A stretch of DNA of 64,000 nucleotides from Deltaproteobacteria bacterium (GCA_026995935.1 JALWNK010000063.1:20684-84683); one strand, 5' to 3'; positions 20,343 through 30,149 are shown, counted from the stretch's first letter. Numbers and translations are program-made. The notes: generated by a model not told the origin, from the letters alone.

Positions 20343-22502
20343 GTGACTCTCAATCCCTTGAAATTAACACCCTTTCAGCGCGTTATTGCAAGCCTCCTGC
20401 TTGGAATATTTTTTGGCATCTTTCTTGGTGAACCAGCAGGGAAGCTAAACATTATCGGGAACATCTACATAAAGCTCCTCCAGATGACGGTAATTCCCTA
20501 TATAATGGTTTCACTTATTGGTGGACTTGGACGGCTTGATCTGAAGATGGCAAGGCTCGTGGGAATCCGGGGAGGAGGACTCATCCTGTTTCTGTGGATT
20601 CTTACTGCAGTAACCTTGACCTTTTTGCCCCTGGCTTATCCTGACTGGACTTCTTCATCCTTTTTCAGCACAAGCATGGTGGCAGAGGCCAAGAAAATCA
20701 ACTTTCTGGATCTATACATACCTGCAAATCCCTTCTATGCCATGGCGCACACCATAGTACCCGCCATAGTGGTCTTTAGTATTTTTCTTGGGGTTGCACT
20801 CATAACCGTGGAAAACAGGAAGGGTTTTATTCTAAGCATGCAGAACCTTAGTGATGCCCTCATGAAGATGGCATCTGTTGTGGCAAAAAGTGCGCCCATA
20901 GGCATCTTTGCCCTTTCTGCGGCAGCAGCCGGAACCCTTCATGTCTCCGAGCTGAGCCGATTGCAGGTGTACCTTTGGGTCTACCTGGCCGCCTGGCTCA
21001 TACTGGCCTTCTTTGCCCTGCCAATGCTTGCGGCAAGGGCCACCCCCTTCAGGTATTCCGAGGTGATTAAGGATGCTCGCCTGGCAATGGTAACCGCCTT
21101 TGCCACTGGTACTGTGCTGGTGGTCCTTCCCATGATCGCTGAAAAGACAAAGGCCCTCCTGGAGAAGAAGGGCATGAAGGATGCCACAACGGTTTCGGCT
21201 GTGGATGCACTTGTGCCCACTGCCTACAGCTTCCCCAGCGTTGGCACAATCCTCGGAATAGGTTTTGTGCTCTTTGCCGCCTGGTTCGTGGGCTCACCCC
21301 TTGGCATCCCGGACTATCCCGCCTTCTGCATACTTGGAATACTTACTGCCTTTGGCTCCATGGCAGTGGCAATACCCTTCATGCTGGACTTTTTCAAGCT
21401 TCCGGCAGACCTATTTCAACTCTACCTTTTGGGCAGTGTTTTCACCATGCGTTTTGCCACGGCCCTTGCAGCCATGCACGGTGTTATAATTTGTCTCCTT
21501 GGGGCATGTGCAATGGCTGGCAAGCTAAGCTTGCGAAAAATGGTGGAGGTTGCAGCAATAAGCCTTGGCATAACGGCCATTGTCATGGCAGGTCTGGGTT
21601 TTGTATTAACCAGGGTGATACCCTACGAATATACCGGTTATAAGACCTTGGTGAACATGGAGCTCTTGGGGCCTCTGGCCAAGGTCCAAAAGGCTGGCCC
21701 AATAACTCCCCTTTCAAAGGCGGAACTGGCTGAGTCCAGGCTTAAGGTCATAAGGGCCAGGGGAAGTCTGAGGGTAGGGTTCTCCAAGGACAGGTTGCCC
21801 TTTGCATTTGTTAATGCCAAGGGCCACGTAGTTGGGTACGACATGGAGCTTGTTCATGCCCTTGCCAGGGACCTTGGTGTTTCCCTTGAGATAGTCAAGC
21901 TTGAATGGCCAAAGATAGAAGAGGCGCTTGACAGCGGCCTTATAGATCTTGCGGTTGGAGGAATAAGCGTTAGTCCCCGGAGGGCCCTTCACTTTGTCTT
22001 TTCAAGAAGCTATCTGGATGAATATCTTGGTCTGGTAGTGCGTGATTACAGACGAAACGAATTTTCATCCCTGGACAAGATCCGCTTCATGAAGGGTCTG
22101 AGCCTGGGTGTCACACCATTTCGGTTAAAGGAGGGCGCTGGCCAGCGCCTATTCCCTAATGCCAGGCTGGTTGTAGTGAAGTCTCCCAGGGATTTTTTCA
22201 AGGGCAGGGTAAAGGATGTGGATGCAATGCTTTACACGGCCCAGACGGCCACTGCCTGGACGCTTATATATCCAGAGTGGACTGTGGTTGTTCCAAAGGG
22301 TTTAAAATATGAGTGTCCCATGGCCTTTGCCCTTCCCCATGACCAGGTGGAGTGGACGTGGTACGTAAATACGTGGCTTGAGACCGCGGTGAAATCAGGG
22401 CTTACAAAAACCGCGTACGATTACTGGATACTTGGAAAAAAAGAGAAGGAAAAAGGGGGCAGGTGGTCAATTGCAAAGGACGTTTTGGGCTGGATCAAGT
22501 AA
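20343..22502 (+). CDS. Dicarboxylate/amino acid:cation symporter (DAACS) fused to a C-terminal family-3 periplasmic solute-binding domain
   Basis: N-terminal DAACS features (YIKLLQM, IPANPF, APIGIFAL); C-terminal RGSLRVG..PFAF..VGYDMEL..LARDLGV PBP signature. Confidence 0.85.
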   Translation: MTLNPLKLTPFQRVIASLLLGIFFGIFLGEPAGKLNIIGNIYIKLLQMTVIPYIMVSLIGGLGRLDLKMARLVGIRGGGLILFLWILTAVTLTFLPLAYPDWTSSSFFSTSMVAEAKKINFLDLYIPANPFYAMAHTIVPAIVVFSIFLGVALITVENRKGFILSMQNLSDALMKMASVVAKSAPIGIFALSAAAAGTLHVSELSRLQVYLWVYLAAWLILAFFALPMLAARATPFRYSEVIKDARLAMVTAFATGTVLVVLPMIAEKTKALLEKKGMKDATTVSAVDALVPTAYSFPSVGTILGIGFVLFAAWFVGSPLGIPDYPAFCILGILTAFGSMAVAIPFMLDFFKLPADLFQLYLLGSVFTMRFATALAAMHGVIICLLGACAMAGKLSLRKMVEVAAISLGITAIVMAGLGFVLTRVIPYEYTGYKTLVNMELLGPLAKVQKAGPITPLSKAELAESRLKVIRARGSLRVGFSKDRLPFAFVNAKGHVVGYDMELVHALARDLGVSLEIVKLEWPKIEEALDSGLIDLAVGGISVSPRRALHFVFSRSYLDEYLGLVVRDYRRNEFSSLDKIRFMKGLSLGVTPFRLKEGAGQRLFPNARLVVVKSPRDFFKGRVKDVDAMLYTAQTATAWTLIYPEWTVVVPKGLKYECPMAFALPHDQVEWTWYVNTWLETAVKSGLTKTAYDYWILGKKEKEKGGRWSIAKDVLGWIK

Positions 22503-22589
22503 TATGCTTTGCACTACACAACCAATAAGTTGATGAGGGCCAGGCCTTGTCCAATAACACGTTTCAAATGAAAGGAAGGATGGTTTTTC

Positions 22590-23570
22590 ATGGAAAAATA
22601 CATAGCCCAGGGATGGATACTTTACAGGCCAGACAAGAGCCTTGTTAAGCAGGAAGACTACGAAATAGAGCGTCTCAAGGAGACGGCGCCTAGGTACGGC
22701 TACAAGGTCGAGGTGGTAAACCCCGATGAGCTTTCCTTTATCATAGGAATGGGTGGTAAGCCAGACCTCTTTCTGCGCGGAGAACATGTGGACAGGCTGC
22801 CAGATTTTGTGATTCCAAGAATGGGTTCGGCCACCAGTTATTTTGCCCTTGCTGTGCTCAGGCACCTTGAAAAGCTTGGCATCTATAGCCTCAACAGCTC
22901 GTCAGCCGTGGCCCTTGCCCAGGATAAGCTGCTCCATCTTCAGAGGCTTTCCGATGCGGGGCTGCCAGTACCCAAGACAATTCTTGTGCAGTTTCCGGTA
23001 AACATCGATCTTATCGAAAAGGAGATAGGGTTTCCCACTGTGGTAAAAACCAGGGTAGGTACCCAGGGAAGCGGGGTGCATCTTTGCGAGACACGCCAGG
23101 CCCTTAATGACCTTCTTCAGTTCGTGGAGGCCAACAACCCAGAGGCAGAGCTATTTCTTCAGCAGTTTCTCCCGGAAAGCAGGGGCAGGGACGTAAGGGT
23201 GCTGTCAGTGGGCGGGCTTATCGTTGGAGCCATGGAGAGAAAGGCGGCTGAAGGATTTAAATCCAACTATTCCCAGGGTGGGAGTGCAGTCCCTTTTGAG
23301 TATGGCCCCAAGAATCAGCTGGCAGTGGCAGATACCATGAAGGTGCTGGGTATGGACATGGCTGGACTGGATTACCTGTACGACGACGAGGTGGGCATGA
23401 GGATTCTTGAGGTCAATTCCTCTCCTGGATTTGAAGGCCTGGAGAAGACGTGCAAGGTGGATGTGGCAGCTGCCGTGTTCAGGTTTCTTGACGTAAAGCT
23501 CAAGATTTCCAATAAGTACAAGGCAAAGGTGCTTGGATGGAGCAGGCCTTCGGAGTGTATGCCAGATTAG
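22590..23570 (+). CDS. RimK family alpha-L-glutamate ligase (ATP-grasp)
   Basis: VIPRMG, DKL..LQRL, VVK..GTQGSGV, GRDVRV, FKSNYSQGG, LEVNSSPGFEGLE. Confidence 0.88.
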   Translation: MEKYIAQGWILYRPDKSLVKQEDYEIERLKETAPRYGYKVEVVNPDELSFIIGMGGKPDLFLRGEHVDRLPDFVIPRMGSATSYFALAVLRHLEKLGIYSLNSSSAVALAQDKLLHLQRLSDAGLPVPKTILVQFPVNIDLIEKEIGFPTVVKTRVGTQGSGVHLCETRQALNDLLQFVEANNPEAELFLQQFLPESRGRDVRVLSVGGLIVGAMERKAAEGFKSNYSQGGSAVPFEYGPKNQLAVADTMKVLGMDMAGLDYLYDDEVGMRILEVNSSPGFEGLEKTCKVDVAAAVFRFLDVKLKISNKYKAKVLGWSRPSECMPD

Positions 23571-23723
23571 TAACTGGCAATAAAGGTGTGTTGTGAGATT
23601 ATGTTGACTTAAATAGTCTTGTTTATTATTGCTTTTTGTCAAAGTCTGAATGAAGAGTGATTACAAAAATACCTGTCTGTTTTTTTTGAGCAGGGTCGTC
23701 AAAAAAAAGGAGGTTAGCCGAAC

Positions 23724-24254
23724 ATGGTTCGCAGTTTAGTTGTCTTTCTTACCGCAGCTTTCTTGATGGTAAGCTGCTCAAGCCTGCGTGTCAGCAGCGA
23801 CTACAATCCCGGTTTCAATTTTTCCAAACTCAAGACCTTTGCCATTGTTTACAACAGGCAGGGCAACTCACCCATGCAGCAGAGAATAGTCGAGGCCTTG
23901 ACCCGCGAGTTCAAGGCCAAGGGCTACGTTCCTGCCCCAAGGGAAAAGGCGGATTTTCTGGTGGTTTTTCACACCAACATTAGGAACAAACGGCAGGTGG
24001 TTACGGATTACCAAAGGGTTGGGCTTTATCCTTACGGCTTTGGGAGCTATGCAATGGTGCCCATCCAGAGGGAGTACGAATACAAGGAAGGCAAGATAGT
24101 CGTGGATGCCCTTGATCCAAAGACCAAAAACATATTTTGGAGAGGAATTGCAACAGACAGGCTGAAGTCTTACAAAAATCCACAAGAACGCATGAAGTAC
24201 GCAATGGAGGTGGCCAGAGAGCTTTTAAAATCCTTTCCCCCGGCACGGTCATGA
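23724..24254 (+). CDS. DUF4136 family lipoprotein
   Basis: Lipobox MVSC, DYNPGFNFSKLKTF, EGKIVVD..IFWRG..FPP. Confidence 0.85.
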   Translation: MVRSLVVFLTAAFLMVSCSSLRVSSDYNPGFNFSKLKTFAIVYNRQGNSPMQQRIVEALTREFKAKGYVPAPREKADFLVVFHTNIRNKRQVVTDYQRVGLYPYGFGSYAMVPIQREYEYKEGKIVVDALDPKTKNIFWRGIATDRLKSYKNPQERMKYAMEVARELLKSFPPARS

Positions 24255-24311
24255 ATCTATGAGGAGGGAGAGAGCCGACCACCCAATCAAAAATAGAATT
24301 GGTTACGATTT

Positions 24312-24355
24312 AAGGGGCTGATAAGGGGCGGTTATGGTCACTTCAGCCCCTTTTT
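24312..24355 (+). terminator. Probable terminator between convergent genes
   Basis: AAGGGGCTGA ... TCAGCCCCTT inverted repeat followed by TTT; long loop. Confidence 0.6.
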
Positions 24356-24377
24356 AATGTCCTCAGGATACGTTTTG

Positions 24378-25025
24378 CTATCTACGTCCTGTAGCAAGGA
24401 ACACCGGGAACACCTTGGTAACGCCAGCCTCGGTTGTCTTTTTCATTTCGTGGGCCGTAAGTATCTTTATCTCCTTAAAACCAATGTCAGAAAGGAGTGT
24501 CCTTATTTTTTCTCTCTGAAACCCGTGATGGGCCACCCCGGGCACATCCTTTCCATGGAAATCACCATCTTCTTTATCAAGGTCTGCAATGGCCAGCCAG
24601 CCACCCGGCCTTAAAAGCTGGTAAAATCTACTGAGAAGTTTTTGGACCGGGCCAATGTGGTGGAGTGTCATGCTTGAAAAGATGAGGTCCAGCTCCTTTA
24701 AAAAGGGCACTGAGGGGAGTTTATCATCAGTAAGATCCATCTGGTAAGTGGAGATGTTGTGCGGCCTTGGCTGTCTGGCCAGTTTTTCCTCAAGGACCTT
24801 TAACATCTGCCTTGAAGTATCCACGGCCACTATCCTATCCACATAGGGGGCAAGGAGAAGGGAGATGATTCCCGTGCCACATCCATACTCCATGCATGAA
24901 AATTTGGGGTTTAATTCCACGTTTTTCCTTATTGCAGTGGCCACGGCCTGGGCCAGTTCAACCCTGGCAGGTTTTTCATCCCAGGTCTTCGCTGCCTTGT
25001 CGAAGTAATTGGTTTCCTTTTCCAT
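24378..25025 (-). CDS. Class I SAM-dependent methyltransferase
   Basis: MEKETNYFDKAAKTWD, EYGCGTG, SSMTLHH, LRPGG. Real start is ATG 25025; the 440-aa ORF call is an antisense extension. Confidence 0.88.
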   Translation of the reverse strand: MEKETNYFDKAAKTWDEKPARVELAQAVATAIRKNVELNPKFSCMEYGCGTGIISLLLAPYVDRIVAVDTSRQMLKVLEEKLARQPRPHNISTYQMDLTDDKLPSVPFLKELDLIFSSMTLHHIGPVQKLLSRFYQLLRPGGWLAIADLDKEDGDFHGKDVPGVAHHGFQREKIRTLLSDIGFKEIKILTAHEMKKTTEAGVTKVFPVFLATGRR

Positions 25026-25239
25026 TTTTTTCTTTTGTCCAGGTAAATCCTTCAAAGGCCTTCTGCTGTTGAGCCTATCACAAAATGGTGAGGGCGACAT
25101 CTGAAAGAAATGCGAGTGCACTGCATCTGATTTTTTGAAAAGAGTGCATAGGTTGATCAAAAAGGGCTTGTAAGTGAGAATAAGATTAATTACGTTATTT
25201 ATGTAATTTAAAAGGCATAATTTTTTAAAAAAAGCAACC

Positions 25240-26445
25240 ATGGCCCAAAACCCCTTTATAGTCCAGAGGCCCATAAAGTATGGGGAGCCTTTTTGTAACA
25301 GGACCCCGGAGATCCAGCGGCTTGAGAAGGCTGCCAACAGGTCAGAGGCAGTCTGCATCCTGTCCATCAGGCGTTTTGGCAAGACATCACTGGTGAACCA
25401 GGTCCTTGGAAGACTTGAGGAAGCTGGATGGCTCAGCATTCGTCTCGACCTTAGCCGTTGTTTTTCATTGCGTTCAATGACAAGGGAGTTTGAACGGGCC
25501 CTTTTTTCCCTTGAAGGAAATTGGAGAAGGCTTCTTGAGGGGTTAAAGACCGTATCCAGAATAAGGCCCCAGCTTGGCATTGACCCTCTTACAAGCCAGC
25601 CCTCCATTGGCTTTGACTTTTCAAGGCCAGCCGACGATGCAGAGAGGCTTAAATATATCCTTGAAAAGATAGTAGGCCTTCCAGAAAGATCAGAAGGCAA
25701 AATTCACCTTTGCATGGTGCTTGACGAATTCCAAAACATCAGGAAGATAGACCCCAAAAAGGACCTGGAATGGCTTTTTCGCTCTGTATTTCAGGAGCGC
25801 GGCCCTTTGTTTGTCCCCTTTTTACTGGGTTCAGAGAGGCACCTCCTGGATATGATGATTCGTGAGGAGTCTTCAGCCTTTTTTAAAAGTGTCACCCCAA
25901 TGACCCTGGAGGTTTTGCCTGAAATGGAGGTAGTGTCTTTTGTTAAGGGCCATTTTTTTTCCGGCCTTGGGCTTGAGGTTCCTGAAGGCCGCATCAGGGG
26001 GATATACCGGATATTTGGAGGCCACCCCTTTGCCATAAACTGGTACTGGGCAGAGATGTGGGATCTTGTGGAAAGAAGTGGCAAAATGGAGCCTGTTGAT
26101 ACATGGGTAGATGTTGCTGTAAGGATAATCCTGAATCAACGGGACTATTATGAGGCCATGAACAGCCGCCTGCCCCTTGGTGCAAGGAAGGTGCTTTTTG
26201 CCATAGCTGCAAACGAGCCTGTAAAACGGGTCTTCTCCAGGAAGTTCATGGTGGAGACACTGGGCATGGCCCAGGGCAGCCTCCAAAGCGCCATAAAGGT
26301 CCTTTTGGAGGAGGACAAGATCAGGAAGACCCCTCAGGGGCTTGTAATAAATGACCCCCTTGAAAGGCTTTCAATAGCAGTCTCAGAGCTGGATGAAGAG
26401 GCCATTGCTTCATTTGTAAGGGAACGGATTGACGTGGCAGTTTGA
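25240..26445 (+). CDS. Archaeal-type AAA/P-loop ATPase with probable C-terminal winged helix
   Basis: NPF..FCNR..E, Walker A variant SIRRFGKTS, Walker B VLDEFQ, GS motif, GGHPF. Confidence 0.8.
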   Translation: MAQNPFIVQRPIKYGEPFCNRTPEIQRLEKAANRSEAVCILSIRRFGKTSLVNQVLGRLEEAGWLSIRLDLSRCFSLRSMTREFERALFSLEGNWRRLLEGLKTVSRIRPQLGIDPLTSQPSIGFDFSRPADDAERLKYILEKIVGLPERSEGKIHLCMVLDEFQNIRKIDPKKDLEWLFRSVFQERGPLFVPFLLGSERHLLDMMIREESSAFFKSVTPMTLEVLPEMEVVSFVKGHFFSGLGLEVPEGRIRGIYRIFGGHPFAINWYWAEMWDLVERSGKMEPVDTWVDVAVRIILNQRDYYEAMNSRLPLGARKVLFAIAANEPVKRVFSRKFMVETLGMAQGSLQSAIKVLLEEDKIRKTPQGLVINDPLERLSIAVSELDEEAIASFVRERIDVAV

Positions 26446-26475
26446 AAAATTAAGGGGAATAGGGGGGAGCAGGGC

Positions 26476-26979
26476 TTGAATTTCACGGCCATTGATTTTG
26501 AAACAGCCAACCATAAAAGACACAGTGCATGCGCAGTTGGTATTGTTCGCGTGGAGAATGGAAATATAGCAGTGAAGAAGGCCTTCTTAATACGTCCACC
26601 TGAGTCTTACTTCAGGTTTACACACATCCATGGAATTACATGGAAAGATGTCAGGGATGCCCCAACCTTCAGGGATTTATGGCCAGAGATTGAGCCGCTT
26701 ATCACGGCAGGGGACTTTCTCGCAGCCCATAATGCCCCCTTTGACAGATCAGTTCTCTGCGAGACATGCAGGTTTTATGGAATAAGGCCCCCTTCTGTTG
26801 AATTTAAGTGTGCTGTCCAGATTGCCAGAAGAGTATTGGGGATAAGGCCTGCCGGCCTTTCCAATGTATGCAGGGAGCTTGGAATTTTACTCGATCATCA
26901 CCAGGCCCTTTCAGATGCCCTTGCCTGTGCAAAAATAGTTCTACATGCTGCCCGTTTGGATGCCAATGTGTCCCTTTAG
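26476..26979 (+). CDS. DEDDh 3'-5' exonuclease (DnaQ-like)
   Basis: IDFETAN, IHGIT, AHNAPFD, HHQALSDA. Confidence 0.9.
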   Translation: MNFTAIDFETANHKRHSACAVGIVRVENGNIAVKKAFLIRPPESYFRFTHIHGITWKDVRDAPTFRDLWPEIEPLITAGDFLAAHNAPFDRSVLCETCRFYGIRPPSVEFKCAVQIARRVLGIRPAGLSNVCRELGILLDHHQALSDALACAKIVLHAARLDANVSL

Positions 26980-27305
26980 TCCTTGACAGTATGCCAGTTT
27001 TTCTTGGCTCTCTATCAAGGAGATGACTTCATTATAATGTGGTCGAAACCTGGCATTTTCCAGAAAAATATCCAATTATTTGCAAATAGCCCGGAATGTC
27101 TCCCAAATAGTTCAATCACAAGAGATATGGCCAGTTTCCTTTAAATGATAATATCATTTGCCCTGCCAGGCCCTGTTTTTCCATAATCTCGAGATTTTTA
27201 TAAAGAAATGCCAAAAGAGGCGGAAATATTCCAATAAATATAGAAAGCATTATTTCCAAATACTTATCATTTAATATCTTTTGCTATAGTAAAAATGCTG
27301 TCCAT

Positions 27306-27385
27306 GTGTGAAAAATTTAATAAACTTTTCTGATATTTTTGATTTGTAATAAGAATCACAAAATATATTGTGAAAGCTTTAATTT
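27306..27385. promoter_or_regulatory. Cluster of Rex/CRP-like operator boxes upstream of the Mo-enzyme/nuo operon
   Basis: GTGTGAA-AAAT-TTAATAA (27306), TTGTAAT-AAGA-ATCACAA (27344) and TTGTGAA-AGCT-TTAATTT (27368), versus consensus TTGTGAA-N4-TTCACAA; TTGACA at 27409. Confidence 0.45.
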
Positions 27386-27536
27386 TCGCCATTTTTCTAT
27401 ATTTTTTATTGACAAATGACAAGAATTCGCTAACCATAAGTAACGAAAGTCTTGACAATTTGATTTGTCAGGGAGCCAGAGCCAAGACCAGGGAGTTTGA
27501 TCAAAAAGATCAAAAAAGCAAAAAGGAGATTGCAGT

Positions 27537-29621
27537 ATGGCAAGTTCTGTTTACAGCATCTGTGGAATGTGTGCAGTCCGTTGCCCGATTCGCGTAGAAG
27601 TTGAAGACGGCAAGGTCTCCTGGATAGAAGGCAATGCCAACGATCCAGGGATGGGGACAAGCCTTTGTGCCAAGGGCATAGCCGGCAGGGCGTTGCTTTA
27701 CGACGATGAAAGGCTTCAGTACCCGATGATAAGGGAGGGAGAGCGCGGATCAGGCAAATGGAAAAGGGTCTCATGGGATGAGGCCTTTGATTATGTAGCC
27801 TCCAAACTTAAGGATATTACGCAAAAGCACGGTGCAAGAGCGGTGATGCTGAGCGACAGGGGGGGGCCATTTGCAGACATGAGGAAGGCCTTCATGAAGG
27901 CCATAGGTTCCCCAAACTACTGCAATCACGATTGTACCTGTGGAAGAAACACGCATCATGCCTCTAAGTCCGTTTACGGGCTTGGCAGAACGGGCCTGGC
28001 TTACGATTTCAAGAATGCAAAACAGATAGTGCTCTTTGGCAGGAATATGGCCGAGTCCTTTAAGGTCAAGGAAGTGAAGTCCTTCATGCAGGGGGTCAAA
28101 AATGGAGCAAAGGTCACCTACATAGATCCCAGGGCTGCGCTAACGGCTTCAAAGTCTGCAAGGTACTGGCAGATAAGGCCTGGCACTGATTACGCGTTGC
28201 TTTTGGCAATGGCAAATGTGATTTTAAAAGACGGCCTGTATGACAAAAACTTCGTTAAGAAATATGTAACCGGGATCACCAAGCTTAAGAGTTTTGTAAA
28301 GGGCTACACTCCGGCTTGGGCAGAAAAGGAGACGGGTATCCCTGCAGATGAGATAGTTGCCTTCTGTAAGGAGATAGCCGCAGACAAGCCTAAAGTGATA
28401 TTTCATCCAGGCTGGCATCTCTCCAGGTATAACGATTCCTTCTACGCGAGCCGCATGATCCATATCCTGAATGTCCTTATGGGTAACATTGAGGTTCCTG
28501 GCGGGCAGTTTTATCCAAAGACGCCCAAAGATGCAGGCTACAAGGGCCTTAAGAGCCTGGGTGCCGATATTCCAAAGGTTGAGGAAAAGCGGGCAGACGG
28601 ATGTGGATGGAAATACAAGAGATTCGATGGTGGGCCTGGCCTTCTTCAGCTAATGTATGAGGCCATTGAGAAAGAAGATCCATATCCAGTAAAGGCCTAC
28701 TTCGTGGTAAGGCATGACCCGCTTCTAGCCATGCCAGATCCAGAGGAACAAAAACGTATCCTCAGCAAGCTTGATCTGATTGTAGTGGTTGATGTCAACT
28801 ACAGCGAAACCTTTGGTTTTGCCGACGTCATCCTGCCTGAGAGTACCTATCTTGAGCGCGACACCATGATGAGAACCGACAAGGGGCTCAAACCTGGTTT
28901 CAGCATGAGAAAGAAGGCGGTAGAGCCGGTTTATGACACAAAGGCAGGATGGGAGATTTGGACAGAGCTTGCCCAAAGGCTTGGAAAGGGTAACTACTTC
29001 CCATACAAGACCATAGAGGACATCTGGAGATATCAACTCCAGGACACGGATATCAAGCTTCAGGACTTTGATGAAAAGGGCTTCGTACAGCTTACCAAGG
29101 AACCCATCTGGTACGATAGGGACAAGCTCAAATTCCCTACACCTTCTGGGAAAATAGAGCTTGTTTCAAAGCGTCTGGAAGACGAGGATATTCCCTCCTT
29201 TATTCCCTACGAAAGTCCAAAGAAGCCGGAGAAGGGTGAATTCAGGCTGCTTTTTGGACGCACTGGTTATCAGACCCACGGACAGACCACAAACAATCCC
29301 ATTATATCCGAGTTCATGGGAACCAACTGCCTATGGATAAATACCCAGGCGGCCAAGGAACTTGGCATCAAGGACGGCCAGGAGGTTGTTATCAGCAATA
29401 AGGGTGTTACCGGAAAGATAAAGGCCAAGGTTACGGATTACATACATCCTGAAGCGGTCTTTATGCTCCATGGTTATGGCCGTTCCATACCCTTTCAGAC
29501 AAGGGCCTACAAAAAGGGCCTTGCGGACCAGATGTTCATGAAGGGGTTACTGAAGGTTTGGGACAAGGCAGGAGGGAGCATCTCTCTTTGTGAGTCTTTT
29601 GTAAAGGTCACGCCTGCATAA
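27537..29621 (+). CDS. Cytoplasmic molybdopterin (Mo/W-bisPGD) oxidoreductase catalytic subunit, PsrA/PhsA-like
   Basis: N-terminal CX2CX3CX27C (CGMCAVRC..LCAKG) starting at residue 9 with no Tat peptide; HDCTC Cys-ligand loop; RPGTD; DVILPESTYLER; C-terminal THGQT domain. Confidence 0.9.
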   Translation: MASSVYSICGMCAVRCPIRVEVEDGKVSWIEGNANDPGMGTSLCAKGIAGRALLYDDERLQYPMIREGERGSGKWKRVSWDEAFDYVASKLKDITQKHGARAVMLSDRGGPFADMRKAFMKAIGSPNYCNHDCTCGRNTHHASKSVYGLGRTGLAYDFKNAKQIVLFGRNMAESFKVKEVKSFMQGVKNGAKVTYIDPRAALTASKSARYWQIRPGTDYALLLAMANVILKDGLYDKNFVKKYVTGITKLKSFVKGYTPAWAEKETGIPADEIVAFCKEIAADKPKVIFHPGWHLSRYNDSFYASRMIHILNVLMGNIEVPGGQFYPKTPKDAGYKGLKSLGADIPKVEEKRADGCGWKYKRFDGGPGLLQLMYEAIEKEDPYPVKAYFVVRHDPLLAMPDPEEQKRILSKLDLIVVVDVNYSETFGFADVILPESTYLERDTMMRTDKGLKPGFSMRKKAVEPVYDTKAGWEIWTELAQRLGKGNYFPYKTIEDIWRYQLQDTDIKLQDFDEKGFVQLTKEPIWYDRDKLKFPTPSGKIELVSKRLEDEDIPSFIPYESPKKPEKGEFRLLFGRTGYQTHGQTTNNPIISEFMGTNCLWINTQAAKELGIKDGQEVVISNKGVTGKIKAKVTDYIHPEAVFMLHGYGRSIPFQTRAYKKGLADQMFMKGLLKVWDKAGGSISLCESFVKVTPA

Positions 29622-29633
29622 GGAGGGTATGAA

Positions 29634-30137
29634 ATGAGCAAATATCATGTTGAACAGGATATAACCCTTTGTATTGGCTGCTTGGCCTGCGAGGCAGCAT
29701 GCAAAGACAAGAATAATGTGCCAGTGGGTTCCCACTACTGCAGAATGATACCTGTGGGCCCAAGAATGGTGAGAAACATTCCCATGGTAAACCACGTCTA
29801 CATGGCATGTTTCCATTGTGAAAAACCGTGGTGCGTGGATGCGTGCCCTACAGGGGCCATGCAGAAACGTGAAAAAGACGGCATCGTATTTGTCGAGGCA
29901 GAGCTTTGCGTTGGCTGCAAGGCCTGCATAAAGGCCTGTCCCTGGGGAGTGCCACAGTGGGATTCCAATACGGGAAAGGTTGGCAAGTGTGACCTTTGTA
30001 AGGACAGGATTGACCAGGGGCTTAAGCCTGCCTGCGTCACCAAATGCACAACCGGCTCTCTGCAGTTCCTGACGCCGGAAGAGGCCTCAGAGAAAAAACG
30101 CAAAGACTTTGCGGAACAGATGCTTAAAACGGCATAG
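29634..30137 (+). CDS. 4x[4Fe-4S] electron-transfer subunit (PsrB/DmsB/NrfC-like)
   Basis: CIGCLACEAAC, CFHCEKPWCVDACP, CVGCKACIKACP, KCDLC..PACVTKC. Confidence 0.93.
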   Translation: MSKYHVEQDITLCIGCLACEAACKDKNNVPVGSHYCRMIPVGPRMVRNIPMVNHVYMACFHCEKPWCVDACPTGAMQKREKDGIVFVEAELCVGCKACIKACPWGVPQWDSNTGKVGKCDLCKDRIDQGLKPACVTKCTTGSLQFLTPEEASEKKRKDFAEQMLKTA

Positions 30138-30149
30138 GAAAGGGCAACC

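Noticed and set aside
24378-25700. 440-aa methyltransferase ORF
   Set aside because: The first ~225 codons are antisense to the ATPase gene and its promoter region. Methyltransferase similarity starts at ATG 25025.
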